From Candidatus Poribacteria bacterium (GTDB taxonomy: Bacteria > Poribacteria > WGA-4E > WGA-3G), in assembly GCA_009839745.1 (NCBI GenBank), contig VXPE01000079.1, positions 44,762 to 108,761 on the forward strand: 64,000 nt of DNA, in the 5' to 3' direction. This document shows positions 59,941-64,000 of the stretch, piece by piece. The translations under genes and the position numbers were made by a program. The stretch's first letter is position 1; each line of letters opens with the position of its first letter. The notes below the pieces were generated by a model. It did not search any database. It was not told the DNA's origin and saw only the letters and a program-made list of their open reading frames with translations.

Positions 59941-59954
59941 TTTTTAATTTATCG

Positions 59955-60743
59955 TTAAGGAAAATTAGAAAAAACGTAATTAACCGCGTTTTTGAAGATA
60001 ACCAATCCGTCGCCTTCTTCAGAACCGATCTCTTGGGTGTTAGCAGGGTTCCGGGTCCAACGCGGATGATTCCATTTCGTGAGGAACCGTTCTGGATGGG
60101 GCATTAATCCGAAAATTTTGCCCGTTGCATCACAGATACCCGCAATATCGCTATCGGAACCGTTCGGATTGTTAGGGTATCTATTCCCGGCATACCGAAA
60201 CACGACCTGATCGTTGGCTTCTAATTCTGAGAGCACCTTCGCGGGGGCAGTAAATCTACCTTCAGCATGCGCAACGGGGAGATACACACGCGCTTTGACT
60301 CCGGTTGTAAAGACACACGGACTCTCTTGTGTTTCCAGATCCACCCACCGACACTCGAATTTCGCTGAGGTATTCATCGCTAATGTGGCGCGCTGCCTCA
60401 TCTCTGATGTCCCGTTACCGGGCAGTAAGCCTGTTCGCACAAGTACTTGAAACCCGTTGCAGATGCCGATTATTAACTTGCCATCTTCGACAAATCGATG
60501 CAACGCGTCTGTCAGTTTGTGTTTCATCTCGACGGCTAACAGGATACCCGCCGCAATGTCATCGCCGTAGGAGAATCCACCGGGAATCGCGAGAATTTGA
60601 TAGTCGGCAAGGTTAACTTTGTCTGATATGAGGTGTTGGATATGGACCAACGCTGTCTCTGCACCCGCGAGTTGGAACGCTACATCGGTTTCGGCATCGC
60701 AGTTTGTGCCTGCAGTCCGTAAAATGAGTGCCTTTGGTTTCAT
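59955..60743 (-). CDS. purQ: Phosphoribosylformylglycinamidine synthase, glutamine amidotransferase subunit
   Basis: KALILRTAGTNCDAE...GGFSYGD...GICNGFQ class-I GATase triad context typical of PurQ. Confidence 0.85.
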   Translation of the reverse strand: MKPKALILRTAGTNCDAETDVAFQLAGAETALVHIQHLISDKVNLADYQILAIPGGFSYGDDIAAGILLAVEMKHKLTDALHRFVEDGKLIIGICNGFQVLVRTGLLPGNGTSEMRQRATLAMNTSAKFECRWVDLETQESPCVFTTGVKARVYLPVAHAEGRFTAPAKVLSELEANDQVVFRYAGNRYPNNPNGSDSDIAGICDATGKIFGLMPHPERFLTKWNHPRWTRNPANTQEIGSEEGDGLVIFKNAVNYVFSNFP

Positions 60744-61207
60744 ATTTTTAACTTTCCTTGCGGTTTTTTAATTATTCCTTGCGGTTCGGTCAGGTGAGTT
60801 GGGTGAATAACGTTCATTGACGTATATCCGCCTGCGTGTTTTTGCTTGGGGTTTTTGATAGGGGTCTTTGCTTGGGCATTTCTGCGTGTTTCTGCGTATT
60901 TCTGCGTATTGTTGCAGGCTACACGCTTGGGTACACTTTCTAAACATTCCTTGCGGTTCGGTCAGATGGGTTGGAGGCTTCAATCGTCTTTCCGTACATC
61001 CGCGCTCCACTTCGTTTCCTGCTTGTTTTTTTGTAGGTGCATGTTTCCAAATATAGTTGCGACGTGACTAAAAACCTGCAAGGACAACGGACGCAGCAGC
61101 CCAAGAGTAATCGCTAAAAAAATAAAACACCTACTTTAGATTATGAAAGGTTCGTTAACGATTGGAAGACTGCAAGGACAACGGACGCAGCAGCCCAAGA
61201 GCAATCG
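60744..61207. repeat. Repeat-rich purL-purQ spacer: TTCCTTGCGGTTCGGTCAGRTGRGTTGG x2 (60779-60810, 60948-60978), TTCTGCGTRTT x3 (60881-60915), and 1.5 copies of the ~85-nt element (61075-61215)
   Basis: Direct reading of the sequence. Confidence 0.6.
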
Positions 61208-63595
61208 CTAAAAAACTTGCCAGGCAGATTTGAGCGTATGGATAGACGTTTCAACGATCGAGCGTCCACTCTTTCCCTTGATAACGAATTCGGAGGTGTC
61301 TGAAACCGTGCCAAGACAGCCAATCGGTATTCCCACCATGTGGTTTTCATAGGCATGTTGATGCTGGGGTTCTATCTCTACAAGAAAACGGCTATTTGAT
61401 TCTGAAAATAGAAGGAAGTCGTCAGCATCAATATCTTCGCCTGTAGGGATCTCATCAAGGCGCAGCGACATCCCGTAGCCACCCGCAAATGCCATTTCCG
61501 CAGCCGCCACACCGATACCGCCCTCAGAACAGTCATGACACGAGCGCACCCATCCCCTATTGATCGCAGCACTGAGACGTTCCATCGTCAACTTACCTTC
61601 ACTTGGACGAATGGCAGGGGCAGTGTTCCCGACAAACCCGTGAATGTTGAAGTAGTGCGAACCGCCCAATTCAGCGTAGGTATTGCCTACGACATAAATG
61701 AAATTGCCCGGCGTTTTCACGTCCATCGTGACGGCGTTTTGAATGTCAGGCATAACGCAGATAGCAGATATAAGGAGTGTCGAAGGGATAGCGCGTTGTT
61801 CACCGGTTGTGGTATCCCTGTATTCGTTGTAAAGGCTGTCTTTCCCGGAAATAAAGGGTGTGCCGTAAGCCGTTGCGATATCATAACACGCTCTCGCCGC
61901 ACGGACGAGTTCGCCGAGTCGGTCGGGTTTGTCCGGATTTCCCCAACAGAAATTGTCCAGTAATGCGGTCTTTTCTAAGGTTCCCCCGACAGCAACAACA
62001 TTCCGTAACGCCTCATCAATTGCCGCAGCTGCGCTGAGATACGGATCCACGTCGCTATATTTCGGATTGATACCGTTCGCAACGATTACACCTTTTCGAC
62101 TGCCTAAGACGGGAGTCGTTATACATGCGTCGCTCGGTCCGTCGTTTTTCACACCGACCAGCGGATTGATAACCATTCCACCTTGGACACCATGATCGTA
62201 TTGCCGGATAACGGATTCCTTGCTCGCGATATTGGGACTTGCGAGTAGTTGTTTGAGGTCATGGGTATAATTCTCAGTCTCTCCATCTCGCGATGCCATA
62301 TCCGGGTGTTTCGGGGGCTCCCAAACCGCTTCCTTGACCGGCATCGGGAGTCCATGGTGCAAAAACTCCATCTCCAAGTCGGCAACTATTGTGCCTTCAT
62401 AGAAAACTTGCAGTCTATGGGTATCTGTAAAAGTCCCGAGGACTGTGGCTTCGACAACCTCTGCTTCGCATATTTCCATGAGTTCATCCAAATTCTCAGG
62501 TGGCACAGCGATGACCATGCGCTCTTGTGCTTCGGAGAGCCAGATTTCCCACGGAGCGAGCCCTTCGTATTTCAAAGAAACACGTTCAAGGTGCACTTCT
62601 GCCCCTATATCTTCTCCCATCTCTCCGACAGCGGACGAGAACCCCCCAGCACCGCAATCGGTGATGGAGCGATACAGATTCCGATCTCGTGCCTGCAATA
62701 GTGCATCCACAATCTTCTTTTCCATAATCGGGTTGCCGATCTGCACCACACTGCCGAGGCTTTCAGAAGTATCGTCCAATTCTGCAGAAGAGAAGGTCGC
62801 GCCATGAATTCCATCGCGACCGGTTTGTCCACCGATCGCAACCACCAGATCACCGGGTTCAACGGATTTCTCGCACCTGTTTCTCGGTATTAAACCGACA
62901 TTTCCGCAGAAGACGAGTGGGTTTGCGGTATAACGGGCGTCAAAAAGAATAGCACCGTTCGCCGTAGGAATACCCATTCGGTTGCCGTAATCTCGCACGC
63001 CAGCGACAACCCCTTTAAAGACACGCTTGGGGTGAAGTGTGCCTTTCGGTAGTTGCGTGTAGGGTGTATCTGGCATCCCGAAACAGAATACGTCGGTGTT
63101 TAAAATCGGCTTCGCACCAAGACCTGTGCCGAGTGAATCTCGAATGACACCGCCTATCCCGGTCCCAGCCCCCCCATAGGGTTCAATTGCTGAGGGATGG
63201 TTGTGCGTTTCTACCTTGAAAACGAGATTGAATTGTTCGTCAAACTCAATGATGCCGGCGTTGTCTGAAAAGACGGAGACACACCACGGTTTCGCTATCT
63301 CCTCCGTCGCACGTTGAATGAAGCTTGGAAACAAGCCGTCAATCTGTTCTGGTGCTTTGCCTTCTTCGGAATAGAGGATGGTGCTTTTGAATGTTTTGTG
63401 AACGCAATGTTCAGACCACGTCTGGGCGATGGTCTCTATTTCTACATCGGTAGGATTGCGTCCGAGGGTTCCGAAGTGCGTCTGAATTGCCTGCATCTCG
63501 TTCAGACTCAAGGATAGCGTTCCTTCTCGACTGATACGCATCAATTCGGCATCGTCTGCGTTCAGAATCTCTATTTCGTTAACCGTACTGGACAT
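61208..63595 (-). CDS. purL: Phosphoribosylformylglycinamidine synthase subunit II
   Basis: 795 aa. NPTDVEIETIAQTWSEHCVHKTF and tandem PurM-like domains. Confidence 0.9.
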   Translation of the reverse strand: MSSTVNEIEILNADDAELMRISREGTLSLSLNEMQAIQTHFGTLGRNPTDVEIETIAQTWSEHCVHKTFKSTILYSEEGKAPEQIDGLFPSFIQRATEEIAKPWCVSVFSDNAGIIEFDEQFNLVFKVETHNHPSAIEPYGGAGTGIGGVIRDSLGTGLGAKPILNTDVFCFGMPDTPYTQLPKGTLHPKRVFKGVVAGVRDYGNRMGIPTANGAILFDARYTANPLVFCGNVGLIPRNRCEKSVEPGDLVVAIGGQTGRDGIHGATFSSAELDDTSESLGSVVQIGNPIMEKKIVDALLQARDRNLYRSITDCGAGGFSSAVGEMGEDIGAEVHLERVSLKYEGLAPWEIWLSEAQERMVIAVPPENLDELMEICEAEVVEATVLGTFTDTHRLQVFYEGTIVADLEMEFLHHGLPMPVKEAVWEPPKHPDMASRDGETENYTHDLKQLLASPNIASKESVIRQYDHGVQGGMVINPLVGVKNDGPSDACITTPVLGSRKGVIVANGINPKYSDVDPYLSAAAAIDEALRNVVAVGGTLEKTALLDNFCWGNPDKPDRLGELVRAARACYDIATAYGTPFISGKDSLYNEYRDTTTGEQRAIPSTLLISAICVMPDIQNAVTMDVKTPGNFIYVVGNTYAELGGSHYFNIHGFVGNTAPAIRPSEGKLTMERLSAAINRGWVRSCHDCSEGGIGVAAAEMAFAGGYGMSLRLDEIPTGEDIDADDFLLFSESNSRFLVEIEPQHQHAYENHMVGIPIGCLGTVSDTSEFVIKGKSGRSIVETSIHTLKSAWQVF

Positions 63596-63610
63596 TACTT
63601 TCTCCGGTAT

Positions 63611-64000
63611 TTATTTATTGCCTTCTTGAAGAGATTTTGCCGCAAATATTGTCAAGCATAATTCTTCGTTAAAGAGTTCATAAACAGGTATTTTCCCACT
63701 CAACTGCTCACTTTCGTTCAGAATGATGCCAACACCTTCTCCACGTCCTTCTAAAAAATGTCTCCGCTTTACTTGTTTTTCTACATCGTCATCTAAAGTA
63801 ATTTCCGAAAGTAAACGTGCCAAGAGTTCATTACGCGTGGCTTGATTATAGGGTAATTTATCAATTGTTAAAGAATTTGCTAATGCCCCCGGGGAATATA
63901 ACTCAAACCGATCAGTAAACATGAACAAACGAATTTTTGAGCCGTGTTTTGAATAGTCTCTATGCACAACTGCATTCACTATTGCTTCAAAAACAGCACG
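63611..64000 (-). CDS. C-terminal part of a Schlafen/AlbA_2 + HATPase_c_4-type putative ATP-dependent regulator; gene runs past the window end
   Basis: …VHRDYSKHGSKIRLFMFTDRFELYSPGALANSLTIDKL… resembles the conserved C-terminal module of 'divergent AAA / transcriptional regulator' proteins. N-terminus is outside the window. Confidence 0.45.
   Translation of the reverse strand, partial: RAVFEAIVNAVVHRDYSKHGSKIRLFMFTDRFELYSPGALANSLTIDKLPYNQATRNELLARLLSEITLDDDVEKQVKRRHFLEGRGEGVGIILNESEQLSGKIPVYELFNEELCLTIFAAKSLQEGNK

Noticed and set aside
60768-61010. 80-aa minus-strand ORF as a candidate purS between purL and purQ
   Set aside because: The sequence (Arg/Pro/Thr-rich, no PurS ferredoxin-like pattern) does not resemble PurS. 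The ORF is built largely from the direct repeats in the spacer.

Overview
The window is a 64-kb bacterial chromosomal segment of roughly 50% GC, and I cannot assign its phylum. It starts with a respiratory complex I operon, nuoG-H-J-K-L-M-[IT-superfamily permease]-N. nuoI is absent between nuoH and nuoJ, and the permease gene sits between nuoM and nuoN. A Gfo/Idh/MocA oxidoreductase and a CopA-type Cu P-type ATPase follow. Directly abutting copA is a defence island. It begins with an SNF2-family helicase fused to a C-terminal DUF3883 (PD-(D/E)xK-like) domain. Next comes an AT-rich four-gene cassette with its own consensus sigma70 promoter. This cassette encodes a ThsB-like TIR (DUF1863-type) protein, a small 2-TM SLATT-like protein, a 75-aa protein and a 293-aa membrane protein. 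After the cassette come a DUF1156/COG1743 Zn-ribbon N6-adenine DNA methyltransferase and a DUF499/COG1483 P-loop ATPase. The methyltransferase is split by a frameshift inside a C8 homopolymer, which could be phase variation or a sequencing error. The rest of the window carries lipopolysaccharide/glycosyltransferase genes (two GT9, one GT1) and core housekeeping genes (serS, tRNA-Asp, tRNA-Val, bioB-like, a PyrK-like reductase, purL, purQ, an AmiC-like amidase). It also carries a glycan/sulfatase catabolic region. That region has two formylglycine-type sulfatases, a GHL10 hydrolase, four PhyH-family dioxygenases, an enolase-superfamily enzyme, an amidase-signature protein, an SMP-30 lactonase, a VOC protein and two Gfo/Idh/MocA oxidoreductases. 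Three mutually homologous ~640-aa polytopic membrane proteins of unknown family are scattered through this region. Also present are a 5'-truncated IS3-family transposase remnant, a UvrD-like helicase with an embedded GIY-YIG nuclease domain, and several non-coding repeat families. These are heptamer tandem repeats of the YTRTCRG type, a conserved hairpin element upstream of nuoH and nuoN, an ~85-nt element present in about 2.5 copies, and a repeat-rich spacer between purL and purQ. No rRNA genes, CRISPR array or prophage were seen.
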